From contig CAYNZC010000005.1 in NCBI GenBank assembly GCA_964401575.1, positions 11,137 to 75,136 of the forward strand: a stretch of 64,000 nucleotides of DNA. The letters are read 5' to 3'. Position numbers and translations under genes: made by a program. The notes beneath the pieces are model-generated. The model did not search any database and had not been told where the DNA came from. It saw only the letters and a list, made by a program, of their open reading frames with translations. Below, in pieces: positions 18,675-31,152 of the stretch; the first letter of the stretch is position 1, and every line of letters begins with the position of its first letter. This stretch comes from an uncultured Verrucomicrobiota bacterium (GTDB lineage: Bacteria; Verrucomicrobiota; Verrucomicrobiia; Limisphaerales; UBA8199).

Positions 18675-19472
18675 ATGAAGAACCGATTGGGGATCATCAT
18701 TCTTGTGCTCATTTGCCTCATATTGGGCATCATGACTATTTATAGCAAGCGGCAGGCTTCAGACAAGCAGCGCAAAGACGCCATTACCATTGCGACTTTG
18801 TCAAATAAGTGGGCGGAGACAAGCCTGAACTGGGAGGATCAAAAGCAACTCACGGCCGAGCTGGAGCAGGACCTTGAGAAGGCCAGAAAGCAGCACTCCG
18901 AGGCGGTTGGAGAACTCTCCAACAGCCTGACCCAGGTGAGCGCCACGCTTGAGAAAACAACGGCTTCCCTGAAGACGACCGAGACGACCCTAGCCTCGGC
19001 TGAGGCCGAGTTAAAGAAGACACAAGCCCGCGTGGCGGAGTTGGAAAGCGCAAACGACGAACTGGACAAGCAGGCAGCGGAGCTGTCGCTTTCCATAACC
19101 AACTTGTCTGTGCAGATCGCCGAGACGCAGCGGAAGCTGGCCACCGCTGAAGGAGACAAAGCCCTGCTTCAAACAGAGCTCAAGCGCTTGATGTCCGAAA
19201 AGGCTGATCTGGAGCGTCAGTTTAACGATCTTGCCGTGCTGCGAGCGCAAGTGGTTAAGTTGAAGGAAGAGCTTAATATCGCCCGTCGAATTGAATGGAT
19301 CCGCAAGGGTATTTTCGCTTCGTCTGACCAAAAGGGTGCCCAAAGGCTTGTGCAGGGCGGGATTGCTCCCGCAGCGAAGGCCCCTGCCACAAACCTCGAT
19401 CTGAACGTGGAGGTAAAAGCCGATGGTTCAGTCAAAGTGGTTTCTCCGGCGACAAACAGCCCTGCAAAATAA
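18675..19472 (+). CDS. Membrane-anchored coiled-coil protein, unknown function
   Basis: N-terminal TM helix LGIIILVLICLILGIMTI, then about 180 aa of heptad-like Glu/Lys/Leu/Ala-rich sequence (ELEQDLEKARKQ...LKKTQARVAELESANDELDKQAAEL...). Confidence 0.7.
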   Translation: MKNRLGIIILVLICLILGIMTIYSKRQASDKQRKDAITIATLSNKWAETSLNWEDQKQLTAELEQDLEKARKQHSEAVGELSNSLTQVSATLEKTTASLKTTETTLASAEAELKKTQARVAELESANDELDKQAAELSLSITNLSVQIAETQRKLATAEGDKALLQTELKRLMSEKADLERQFNDLAVLRAQVVKLKEELNIARRIEWIRKGIFASSDQKGAQRLVQGGIAPAAKAPATNLDLNVEVKADGSVKVVSPATNSPAK

Positions 19473-19629
19473 GAACAAATTGGCTCTGGGATTTGCAGTT
19501 GGTCTGCAGCCGGTTTGCGAAATGAAGAGGCAGCAGATCTTTCGCGAGGCGCCTGGACTCCTGGGTTAATGGAGGGACGACTCGGTTTCCGGAAGGCGTT
19601 TTTCTGCTGGCGGTGGCCCGGCGCAAACT

Positions 19630-19666
19630 GAAAAGAAAGGGCCGGCTGCCTTGAGGCAACCGGCCC
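19630..19666 (-). terminator. Hairpin terminator of the Pro/Val-rich gene (possibly bidirectional)
   Basis: GGGCCGGCTGCC (19639-19650) / GGCAACCGGCCC (19655-19666) form a 12-bp stem with one mismatch. On the minus strand it is followed by TTTCTTTTC. Confidence 0.5.
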
Positions 19667-19692
19667 TCGTGAGCGCACCATACAAAAAGTGG

Positions 19693-20079
19693 CTACCGGC
19701 AATGGCCCCAGCCTGAGTGGTGTCCCCACCCGGTATGGGCGCGCCAGCTTCCGTGACCCCGACCGTAACCGTGGTGCACCGGTGTGGCAACGACAACCCG
19801 CGGCGGGGGAGCACACACGACGGGAGTCCATGGGGCTGAAGCGACAACTACCCTGGGTGCATGCACTACGGGAGCGGGCACCACAACTACCGGGCGCGGC
19901 ACATAAACAGGCGGCGGCGCCACGACGACTGGCGGAGGCGCAACCACGACTGGCGGAGGCGCAACCACGACTGGCATGGGAACAGGGATTGCAATCCCGA
20001 TGCTCACACGCAGCCCGCCGGCATTCGCCACCGTCACGATTCCGAGGAGTGCTGTCGAAACCAGAATCAGTTTTTTCAT
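19693..20079 (-). CDS. Small secreted Pro/Val-repeat protein with His/Gly/Trp-rich C-terminus
   Basis: Clear signal peptide MKKLILVSTALLGIVTVANA, then three PVVVAPP repeats and the tail HHGYGRGHGSWRAHTGWGHHSGWGHCR. The competing ORFs 19217..20197(-) and 19689..20111(+) lack any such signal. Confidence 0.6.
   Translation of the reverse strand: MKKLILVSTALLGIVTVANAGGLRVSIGIAIPVPMPVVVAPPPVVVAPPPVVVAPPPVYVPRPVVVVPAPVVHAPRVVVASAPWTPVVCAPPPRVVVATPVHHGYGRGHGSWRAHTGWGHHSGWGHCR
19918..19980. repeat. 21-nt tandem repeat (about 3 copies) inside the Pro/Val-rich CDS
   Basis: Copies are cgccacgacgactggcggagg, cgcaaccacgactggcggagg and cgcaaccacgactggcatggg. They are in frame and encode the VVVAPPP units. 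Confidence 0.85.
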
Positions 20080-20289
20080 ACACCAGAATTGACGAAATGG
20101 CGGGTGGGTGATTCAAGCTTTTGGGACAATTTCGCCGAAATAAAGTTTGAATAAAGACATGTGGGAATCGTCTTGGCGGCCCTGTTCGCGAGGCCACTGT
20201 GAGTTGGCGCCGGCAAGGAGTTATAAATCATTGAGCATCCGCGACCGGGCCGCGTTGACGGTTCGCAGAGAAGCCGTTAGATTTTCTTA

Positions 20290-21312
20290 ATGGTTGAAAC
20301 GCAGGAACTGTTAATGCTGAAGCCGCAAACTTTCCGCACTCGTGAGCCCTTGGCGGAGCCGGAGCGGGCTGCACTCGCGTCTGAGATCGCTGCCCTGAAG
20401 CGGCGATTGAATGCCGTGATTCTCGCTCACAATTACCAGGTGCCGGAAATACAGGATGTTGCGGATTACGTGGGTGATTCCCTCGGCCTTTCGCAGCAGG
20501 CTGCCCGCACAGAGGCTGACGTTATTGTTTTCTGCGGGGTTCATTTCATGGCCGAGACGGCCAAGATTCTAAACCCGGGCAAGATTGTTGTGTTGCCGGA
20601 CAAGGATGCGGGGTGTTCGCTTGAGGAAAGCTGCCCGGCGGACAAATTGGCCGAACTGCAGAAGACCAATTCGAATTTCTGGACGATTGCCTACATCAAC
20701 TGCAGTGCGGCAGTGAAGGCTTTGTCGGACGTGATTTGCACGAGTGGCAATGCAGTCAAGATTGTGGAGGCGGCTCCCAGAGAGAAAGATATTCTCTTTG
20801 TGCCGGACGAAAACCTTGGGGCATGGGTGATGGAGCAAACCGGGCGGCCCATGACGTTGTGGCGAGGCAACTGTTATGCACACGAGGAGTTTCGACGCGA
20901 GAGCCTGCTGCGGATGAAGGAGAGGTATCCAGCGGCGAAGGTGGTTGTGCACCCGGAAAGCCTGGCCGAGGTTCGGGGACTGGCCGACGTGGTTTGTTCG
21001 ACCGAGAAGATGATTTCTTTTTGCCAGGCCGATCCTGCCCAGCAATTCATCATTGTTACCGAAGCGGGAATCATACACCGCATGCAGAAGGAATGCCCCG
21101 GGAAGGAGTTTCTGTGCGCCCCTGTGTTTGACGCGATGCGGGCGCCGACGGATGGGTGTCGGTGCAGTGAATGCAAGTTTATGAAGATGAATACCCTGGA
21201 AAAGGTGAGGGACTGCATGGCGCGCCTGGCTCCGAGGGTGGAACTTGCGGCCGACGTATGCGCGCGCGCGCGCCTGCCGATCGAGCGGATGCTGGAGATT
21301 TCCGCTCGCTAA
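20290..21312 (+). CDS. nadA: Quinolinate synthase
   Basis: ILAHNYQVPEIQDVADYVGDSLGLS...FCGVHFMAETAKIL...CSTEKM...IIVTE is the characteristic three-fold NadA pattern, with Cys ligands. Confidence 0.92.
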   Translation: MVETQELLMLKPQTFRTREPLAEPERAALASEIAALKRRLNAVILAHNYQVPEIQDVADYVGDSLGLSQQAARTEADVIVFCGVHFMAETAKILNPGKIVVLPDKDAGCSLEESCPADKLAELQKTNSNFWTIAYINCSAAVKALSDVICTSGNAVKIVEAAPREKDILFVPDENLGAWVMEQTGRPMTLWRGNCYAHEEFRRESLLRMKERYPAAKVVVHPESLAEVRGLADVVCSTEKMISFCQADPAQQFIIVTEAGIIHRMQKECPGKEFLCAPVFDAMRAPTDGCRCSECKFMKMNTLEKVRDCMARLAPRVELAADVCARARLPIERMLEISAR

Positions 21313-21352
21313 ACCGCTTGCCAAGCGGCTCTGCTGCCGTAAATTGCGGACG

Positions 21353-21736
21353 ATGTCTGAACAATTCATCCAGTATTTGCCTGTGCTTATGCTGATCGTG
21401 CTGGCGGTGGTTTTTTGCGCGGGCATGCTCATCGGCTCGGTGCTTCTTGGCAAGGTTGGGCGGCGATCCCGGATCAAGGATACGGCTTACGAATGCGGCA
21501 TGCTGCCGATCGGCGAGGGGACTGGGCGCCTTTCGATCCGGTTCTATATTGTGGCAATGTTATTCATCCTTTTCGACATTGAGGTGGTATTTCTTTATCC
21601 CTGGGCTGTGGTTTACAAGGACATGCTACAGGACAATGGGGGGTTGATTTTAGGCTCGATGCTTTCATTTCTGGGGATTCTGTTTGTGGGCTATATGTAC
21701 GCCGCCAGGAAGAAGGCTTTTGACTGGAACAACTGA
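21353..21736 (+). CDS. nuoA: NADH-quinone oxidoreductase subunit A
   Basis: Internal ATG 21353. The product has three TM helices, and YECGMLPIGEGTGRLSIRFYIVAMLFILFDIEVVFLYPWA is collinear with E. coli NuoA. Confidence 0.85.
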   Translation: MSEQFIQYLPVLMLIVLAVVFCAGMLIGSVLLGKVGRRSRIKDTAYECGMLPIGEGTGRLSIRFYIVAMLFILFDIEVVFLYPWAVVYKDMLQDNGGLILGSMLSFLGILFVGYMYAARKKAFDWNN

Positions 21737-21833
21737 CCGGTGAAGTGCGGAATGCGGAGTCCCTGTCGAAACAGTATTACCCGGATTTCCCGGTTGAACC
21801 ACTCCAACCACGCACAGCAAAAAACAATTTCAC

Positions 21834-23264
21834 ATGACAACGATCAAATTTGGAACATCCGGATGGCGCGGGCTTATAGCGCGTGATTTCACGTTCGAGA
21901 ATGTCCGTCTGGCATCCCAGGCGATTGCGCAGTATTTGAAAGGGGAACTCAAGCGGCGCGGATCACCCATTTACGGCCGGAAGCCCGTTGTGATCCTTGG
22001 GTATGACACGCGTTTTCTCGGGCGGGAGTTCAGCCTGGCGGTGGCAGAGGTGCTTGCGGCGAACGGTCTCACACCGCTGCTGTGCAATCGGGACACGCCT
22101 ACGCCGGTGATTTCGCACACGATTCGGACCCGGAAGGCGATCGGTGGGATTAACATGACCGCAAGCCATAATCCTGCTGAGTACCAGGGTCTGAAGTTTT
22201 CCACCAGTAATGGCGCGCCCGCACACCCGGAGGTGACACAGGCTATCGAAAAAATTGCGGCTTCACTCCAAGAGAAGGGTTGGGGCTTCAAGGCTGCGGT
22301 TGTCGGCACTTTTCAGTGCAAGACGATCGATCCCATGCCGGATTATTTCACGAAGCTTCGCAAGCTGGTTGACACGCAGACACTAAAGAAAGGCAGGCTG
22401 CGTGTCGGGGTGGAACTCATGTATGGAACGGGTCGGGGGTACCTGGACGCATTTTTGCGGGAATGCGGAGTAAACGTGACTGTTTTTCACGACTATCTTG
22501 ACCCACTTTTTGGCGGGCATCATCCCGAGCCGAATGCCGAGGGCATGGCCGAGGTGCGCCGGTTTATTGAGGCTGGCAATGCCCAATTGGGCTTGGGGCT
22601 TGATGGCGACGCGGACCGTTTTGGGGTTGTGGATAAGGACGGAACCTGGCTCACGCCCAATCAGATTCTCGCGTTGGCACTGTATCACTTGAAAAAGAAC
22701 CGGGGGTGGACCGGGGCCGTAGTGCGCACGGTGCCGACGAGCCACCAGGTGGATGCGGTGGCGCAGTTGCTGGGTGTGAAGGTCCATGAAACTCCGGTGG
22801 GCTTCAAATACATCGGTGCCCTTATGGAGAGCGAGCCCATCATTGTTGGCGGTGAAGAGTCCGGAGGTTTGAGCGTCAAGGGGCATATTCCGGAGAAGGA
22901 TGGCATTCTGGCCTGCCTGCTCATGGCGGAACTGGTTGCGGTGGAGAAAAAGCCGCTGGGTCAGATTCTGCGTCAGATCGAGCTGAAGGCCGGCGAGTTT
23001 CACACAGACCGAATCAATATCGCCATCCGACCGGAGACCAAGGCTGCGCTATTGGAGAAGCTCGGGTCGGGCCTGGGAAAGATTGGCTCGTTCAAAGTGC
23101 AGCAACTGGTTACCACGGATGGATTCAAGTACTTGCTTCCGGGAAACGAGTGGGTAGCGTTTCGCGCGAGCGGCACGGAACCGCTTATTAGATGCTACAT
23201 TGAGGCGAAGACAGAAGGCCACCTCCAGAAGCTCAGGCACGCCTGCAGGCAACTGCTGAAGTGA
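21834..23264 (+). CDS. Alpha-D-phosphohexomutase (phosphoglucomutase/phosphomannomutase family)
   Basis: Catalytic Ser loop MTASHNPAEYQG, Mg-binding loop GLDGDADR and sugar-binding GGEESGG. Confidence 0.88.
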   Translation: MTTIKFGTSGWRGLIARDFTFENVRLASQAIAQYLKGELKRRGSPIYGRKPVVILGYDTRFLGREFSLAVAEVLAANGLTPLLCNRDTPTPVISHTIRTRKAIGGINMTASHNPAEYQGLKFSTSNGAPAHPEVTQAIEKIAASLQEKGWGFKAAVVGTFQCKTIDPMPDYFTKLRKLVDTQTLKKGRLRVGVELMYGTGRGYLDAFLRECGVNVTVFHDYLDPLFGGHHPEPNAEGMAEVRRFIEAGNAQLGLGLDGDADRFGVVDKDGTWLTPNQILALALYHLKKNRGWTGAVVRTVPTSHQVDAVAQLLGVKVHETPVGFKYIGALMESEPIIVGGEESGGLSVKGHIPEKDGILACLLMAELVAVEKKPLGQILRQIELKAGEFHTDRINIAIRPETKAALLEKLGSGLGKIGSFKVQQLVTTDGFKYLLPGNEWVAFRASGTEPLIRCYIEAKTEGHLQKLRHACRQLLK

Positions 23265-23303
23265 CCCGACGGGCGAGGGGAGAACAATTCTTCCGGAGCC
23301 CGC

Positions 23304-23711
23304 TTATCTGTTACGGCGTTTTACCTTGAGTTGGGCGAGCGATTGAGCCAGCGCGGCGCTGGCGGCAGCGGCCTCCTCGTCCGTCAATTTTTCGCTCAAG
23401 CGCGCTTCAGCCCGGCGCCGTGCCGCTTCGGCCTGGGCCTCGTCAATATTTTCGGCGAGGATAGCCATGTCCGTTATGATGGAGACATGGTCCGGCGTGA
23501 TCTGAACAAATCCTTCACCAACGGCGAGGGAGACGTCCTTGCCCTCCTTGCGTGCGACGACCTCACCGGCTGAAATCTGGGTCATGAGCGGGACGTGGTT
23601 TGGATAGACGCCCATTTCGCCTTCGGATCCCGGCAAGATGACCATTTCGACATCATCGGAGAAGGTCCGGGCGTCGGGCGTGACGATTTCGAGCTTGAGA
23701 GTTGCCGCCAT
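23304..23711 (-). CDS. atpC: F1 ATP synthase epsilon subunit
   Basis: LKLEIVTPD...VILPGSEGEMGVYPNHVPL. It is the last gene of the atp operon. Confidence 0.9.
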   Translation of the reverse strand: MAATLKLEIVTPDARTFSDDVEMVILPGSEGEMGVYPNHVPLMTQISAGEVVARKEGKDVSLAVGEGFVQITPDHVSIITDMAILAENIDEAQAEAARRRAEARLSEKLTDEEAAAASAALAQSLAQLKVKRRNR

Positions 23712-23719
23712 GGAGTGTT

Positions 23720-26018
<2,299 letters not shown>

Positions 26019-26021
26019 CGA

Positions 26022-27554
26022 TTACTTGTAGGTTTGCTTGAACTCCGTGACCGCGGCCTTCAGGTCCGCTGTGAGCGCGTCGCTCAACGCTTTTTCACGC
26101 GCGACCCTCGCCAGCAGCTCGCACTTTCGGCTCGATAGATAATCCGTGAGCCTGGCCTGGAAGTCCTTGATCTTGTGGATGGCTACATCATCCATGTGAC
26201 CGTTCTGCACCGTCCAGAGGACCGCCACCTGGACCTCGACGGGAACGGGATTGTACTGGGGTTGCTTGAACACCTCGACGATGCGTTTGCCACGCTCGAT
26301 CTGCGCCTGTGTCTTGGCGTCAAGGTCCGACCCGAACTGGGCGAAAGCGGCTAGCTCACGGAACTGGGCGAGGTCCAGCTTGATGCGGCCTGCCACTTGT
26401 TTCATGGCCTTGACCTGGGCGGCAGAGCCGACGCGGGACACAGAAATACCCACGGAAATAGCCGGGCGTATGCCCTGGTAGAAAAGGTCGGTTTCCAGAA
26501 AGATCTGGCCGTCAGTGATGGAAATGACGTTTGTTGGGATGTAAGCGGAGACGTCGCCGGCCTGCGTTTCAATAATGGGCAGTGCAGTCAGAGAGCCGTT
26601 GCCATATTTTTCGCTGACACGAGCGGATCTTTCGAGCAACCGGCTATGCAGGTAAAAAACGTCGCCCGGATAGGCCTCACGGCCGGAGGGGCGCTTTAGA
26701 ACCAGTGAGACCTGGCGGTAAGCCACAGCATGCTTGGAGAGATCATCGTAAATGATAAGCGCGTCCATGCCGTTATCCATGAACCATTCGCCCATCGCGC
26801 ATCCGGCGAACGGGGCGATGTACTGGTTTGTGGCTGAATCGGAAGCCGAAGCTGAAACGATGATTGTGTAAGGCATTGCCCCGGCTTCTTCGAGGACGGA
26901 TATAACGCGGGCCACGTTGGACTGTTTTTGTCCGATGGCTACGTAGATGCAATATAGTGGGCGGTAATCCTTGTCCCCGGCTGCCTCGGCAGCTTTGTTG
27001 AGGCGCGCCTGGCTGATGATGGAATCTACGCACAGGGTCGTCTTGCCAGTAGAACGATCACCGATAATCAACTCGCGCTGACCGCGGCCGATCGGGATCA
27101 TGGCATCCACGGCCATGATGCCTGTTTGCACTGGCTGGCTGACGGATTTCCTGCGGATGATGCCCGGGGCGATCTTTTCGACCGGGTAGGCGGCCTCGGT
27201 CTTGATCGGGCCCTTGCCGTCCAGCGGTTCACCCAGGGCGTTGACCACGCGGCCTAGCAAGGCTTTGCCCGCGGGCACCTGCAGAAGCTTGCCCGTGGTG
27301 CGCACTTCCTGGCCTTCCTTGATCGACGTGAAGTCGCCAAGGATGATCGCTCCCACCTCGGTTTCCTCGAGGTTCAAAGCCAGGCCGGTCACGCCGTTTC
27401 CAAAGTCAATCATCTCGTTAAGCATTACGTCGGTGAGGCCTTCGATCTTGGCCACGCCGTCTCCGATCTCCCGGACGGCGCCGACGTTCTGCTTTGCCGT
27501 GACGCTCTTTGCGCCGGCGATTTGAGATTCAATCTCTTGCAACAATGTGCTCAT
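26022..27554 (-). CDS. atpA: F1 ATP synthase alpha subunit
   Basis: Walker [10 protein letters not shown], with full-length collinearity to the alpha subunit. Confidence 0.97.
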   Translation of the reverse strand: MSTLLQEIESQIAGAKSVTAKQNVGAVREIGDGVAKIEGLTDVMLNEMIDFGNGVTGLALNLEETEVGAIILGDFTSIKEGQEVRTTGKLLQVPAGKALLGRVVNALGEPLDGKGPIKTEAAYPVEKIAPGIIRRKSVSQPVQTGIMAVDAMIPIGRGQRELIIGDRSTGKTTLCVDSIISQARLNKAAEAAGDKDYRPLYCIYVAIGQKQSNVARVISVLEEAGAMPYTIIVSASASDSATNQYIAPFAGCAMGEWFMDNGMDALIIYDDLSKHAVAYRQVSLVLKRPSGREAYPGDVFYLHSRLLERSARVSEKYGNGSLTALPIIETQAGDVSAYIPTNVISITDGQIFLETDLFYQGIRPAISVGISVSRVGSAAQVKAMKQVAGRIKLDLAQFRELAAFAQFGSDLDAKTQAQIERGKRIVEVFKQPQYNPVPVEVQVAVLWTVQNGHMDDVAIHKIKDFQARLTDYLSSRKCELLARVAREKALSDALTADLKAAVTEFKQTYK

Positions 27555-27582
27555 AGTCTTTTACGAAAATTTTTGCTGCGGT

Positions 27583-27978
27583 TCAGCCGAAGCTTTCCTG
27601 AAGCGCCGCGAGCCTGGCGCGGATGCTGCCGTCATAAACATCGCTGCCCACCTGAATTCGAACTCCGCCGATCAGGGAGGGGTTTTGACCGAAGCTGACG
27701 CTAACGCCAGCGCCGTAGGCCGTGGTGAGTGCCTGCCTCACACGGGCCTGCAAATCCTCGGGCAGCGAGGCGGCGCTTTCCACCCGCGCACTGCGGCGCT
27801 CGATATCAAGCTTCACCAGGCGGTGAAAGTGCGACAGGATTTGAAGGTAGCCGCGCGGCTTTTTTTCGAGAAGAGCCTGAACCACCTGGCGGACACGGGC
27901 CTCATCGAGCATTCCGCTGTCGGCACAGCTTTTGAAAAGCTGCTTGGCCTGGCGCCGTTCCTGTTTGCTGGTCTTCAT
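27583..27978 (-). CDS. atpH: F1 ATP synthase delta (OSCP) subunit, short form (131 aa)
   Basis: C-terminal IGGVRIQVGSDVYDGSIRARLAAL is typical of delta. The start cannot lie further upstream because atpF ends at 27989. Confidence 0.8.
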   Translation of the reverse strand: MKTSKQERRQAKQLFKSCADSGMLDEARVRQVVQALLEKKPRGYLQILSHFHRLVKLDIERRSARVESAASLPEDLQARVRQALTTAYGAGVSVSFGQNPSLIGGVRIQVGSDVYDGSIRARLAALQESFG

Positions 27979-27988
27979 TCGGGGGGAA

Positions 27989-28513
27989 TCAGGCGATCTG
28001 CCGGGTCGTTTCCTCTGCCAGACGGTGCTGATCCTCGGGTGTCAGCACCTTGCCGGTGACGGTGGCGGTGGTCTGCACCACCAGGCGTCCGACCTCGCGC
28101 TTGAGTTCGGCCATCATTTTGGCGTGATCCGCCAGGGCTGCTTCGCGGGCTTTGGCGATGATTTGCTCGGCGGAAGCCACGGCTTTTTGCGTTTCCTGCT
28201 CCTGGACGCGGGCGGCTGCCGTGCGAGCCTCCTCGATCAGTTTTGTTGCGTGTTCGTTCGCCCGGGTCAGGATTTCCTGCCGCTGTGCCTCGGCGGTGGC
28301 CAGTTCCGTCTTGATCTTCTCGGCGTTTTCAAGGCTCTCGGTGATTTTTTGCCGCCGCTCCTCAAGCATCGCCAGGACGCGTTTGTAAGCGAACTGGTGC
28401 AGCAGGAAGGCGACAATCAGGAAACTAAGCGCCTGCGCGATGAAGTGGTGCCAGTTCACACCGAAGGCGCGCGCCGTGTCCCCGACGATATCCGCGAACA
28501 AAATGTAACTCAT
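27989..28513 (-). CDS. atpF: Fo ATP synthase subunit b
   Basis: Single N-terminal TM helix (FIAQALSFLIVAFLL) followed by a long charged helix. Its operon position fits subunit b. Confidence 0.85.
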   Translation of the reverse strand: MSYILFADIVGDTARAFGVNWHHFIAQALSFLIVAFLLHQFAYKRVLAMLEERRQKITESLENAEKIKTELATAEAQRQEILTRANEHATKLIEEARTAAARVQEQETQKAVASAEQIIAKAREAALADHAKMMAELKREVGRLVVQTTATVTGKVLTPEDQHRLAEETTRQIA

Positions 28514-28577
28514 ACCAGGTTTGATTGGAAATTGCCGGACCGGGTTTTTGCCCGGGTCCGGTTAACGCGTCCGCAAT

Positions 28578-29793
<1,216 letters not shown>

Positions 29794-30092
29794 GTGACAA
29801 TCAGGCCTTCAAAACGGCCCATAAAAAGTTTGAAAAGCCTGCATTATCGCAGCCCAAGAGACAAGAAGTTTCTGCCATTTTTTGTGCTGCTGTGGCTGCT
29901 TATTGCCCTGCCGGGGCGGGAGCGGAATCGAACGGAGTCAGCATTTTGAATACTATTGGGATGTTCTCTGTCTAACCTAATGTGGGCGAAAAACAAAAAT
30001 GCAGCCTGTGACACCTGACAATGCGAAGGCCTGCAGCAAGGTTAGAAAAAGTGAAGTTCGTGTTAAGCAAAATAAATACTTTTGTTTGAGTG

Positions 30093-30121
30093 TTGACAAG
30101 AGGCGGGGTGAGAGGTTAACT
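30093..30121 (+). promoter_or_regulatory. Candidate sigma70-like promoter in the AT-rich intergenic region
   Basis: TTGACA (30093-30098), 17-nt spacer, TTAACT (30116-30121). An A/T-rich UP-like tract (aaaataaatacttttgtttgag) precedes it. The -10 element is weak. Confidence 0.3.
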
Positions 30122-30127
30122 TACCCG

Positions 30128-30309
30128 CGAACCTCACACGGCATCGGGGTCGTTGTGTAGAATTTGATCTTTGTGATATTTTAAACGATTTCGGAACTGG
30201 TTATGGTACAGACCGGTTCCGATGTTCTCCGTAATCCTACTGTTGTACTTAATTCGAAAATTCCCCGGGCTCTTCGGTCACCCCCTGACTGACTAGCCCG
30301 GTTTTTTTT
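30128..30309 (+). ncRNA. Candidate small RNA or small-ORF transcript (about 180 nt), family unknown
   Basis: Bounded by the promoter above and a + strand terminator: stem CCGGGC 30265-30270 / GCCCGG 30296-30301, inner GTCA/TGAC stem, then T8 at 30302-30309. It contains an 11-bp hairpin at 30191-30222. No + strand CDS follows, since the next genes are on the minus strand. A 29-codon ORF begins at 30203. Confidence 0.3.
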
Positions 30310-30405
30310 GCCCGTGTTTTTTTTCAGTTTTCGCTGCGCAGCGAGGGAGAACTGCACCAGACGTTTGTTCTGTGGTTGCGGGAAGAGCGGATCAGCGGCA
30401 ATGAG

Positions 30406-31152
30406 CTACGGTGTGGTAGTTAACACGTGGTTTTTTTGAACCCAACCTGTGCGGCGGGCGTCTGCAGATACTTGCAGCCAGTCCTGGTTTCGGTCGAGGA
30501 CGAGGAGTTCTGCACCATCATAAACGTTGAATACTGGAGGAGTCTCTTCGAGAGGGGCTTGGCGGACCTGGGCTTCCCGGGCGATGACGATTGCCGTGGG
30601 CGTGGAAGCCTGTCTGACTGCCAGCACCAGGCAAGTGGCCAGCAGGACCGTGGCAGCACCGGCCAGCAGCGTGTAGAGCCTGAGAGTTCGGTATAGGTTG
30701 GGCCGGAGTTTGCTCAGCGCGAGGAGACACAGAGTTCCCCAAAAGCAGGCGGCAACCGCCAGGGTCCACTCATTTAGCGTCACTTTTTTAAGAGATTGGC
30801 GGAAGCGGTCGGGCTTGAAAGCCGGACCTTTGACCTGGCTGATGGCGAACTTCAGGTTGGCTGCCAGATCCGGGTCCCGAGGGGTGGATGATTCAAGCGT
30901 CCTGTAAACAGCTACGGCTCGCCCGATTTGGCCAGACTTCAGCAGGGCGTTGCCGAAATTAAAATAAACAGCAGCCGTTCCAGCGCCGGACTGGATTAGT
31001 TTTTGGTACTCTGCCGCCGCTTCGGAGTATTTGCCCTGGTCATACAGCCGGTTGGCAGCGTCAAACCCGGCATTGGCGGAATGTCCGACAGCACTCCATC
31101 CCGCCAGCACGGGCAGCAGCAGAAATACGAGGATGACAAAGAGCCGCTTCAC
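30406..31152 (-). CDS. TPR + SH3-domain membrane protein (BatE-like)
   Basis: Signal peptide, TPR units (YDQGKYSEAAAEYQKLI...YFNFGNALLKSGQIGRAVAVY), two TM helices and a C-terminal SH3b-like segment YDGAELLVLDRNQDWLQVS...GWVQKNHV. Confidence 0.65.
   Translation of the reverse strand: MKRLFVILVFLLLPVLAGWSAVGHSANAGFDAANRLYDQGKYSEAAAEYQKLIQSGAGTAAVYFNFGNALLKSGQIGRAVAVYRTLESSTPRDPDLAANLKFAISQVKGPAFKPDRFRQSLKKVTLNEWTLAVAACFWGTLCLLALSKLRPNLYRTLRLYTLLAGAATVLLATCLVLAVRQASTPTAIVIAREAQVRQAPLEETPPVFNVYDGAELLVLDRNQDWLQVSADARRTGWVQKNHVLTTTP

Noticed and set aside
19918-19980. Short direct repeats considered as a possible CRISPR or minisatellite
   Set aside because: There are only three contiguous 21-nt copies with no spacers. 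They are in frame within a CDS and encode PVVVAPP units.
19217-20197. 326-aa minus ORF overlapping the Pro/Val-rich gene in another frame
   Set aside because: It would overlap the 3' end of the coiled-coil gene and cross the terminator hairpin. It has no signal peptide or motif, whereas the 128-aa frame has a textbook signal peptide.
20080-20289. Possible nadA-motif (NAD+) riboswitch upstream of nadA
   Set aside because: I found neither the tandem bulged stem-loops nor the conserved ACANCCCC-type bulge sequence.
29905-29945. tRNA-like fragment ggggcgggagcggaatcgaacgg (resembles the reverse complement of a T-arm)
   Set aside because: The flanks of the TTCGATT loop (CCG/CCG) cannot pair. No acceptor, D or anticodon arm can be built. 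At most it is a decayed remnant.
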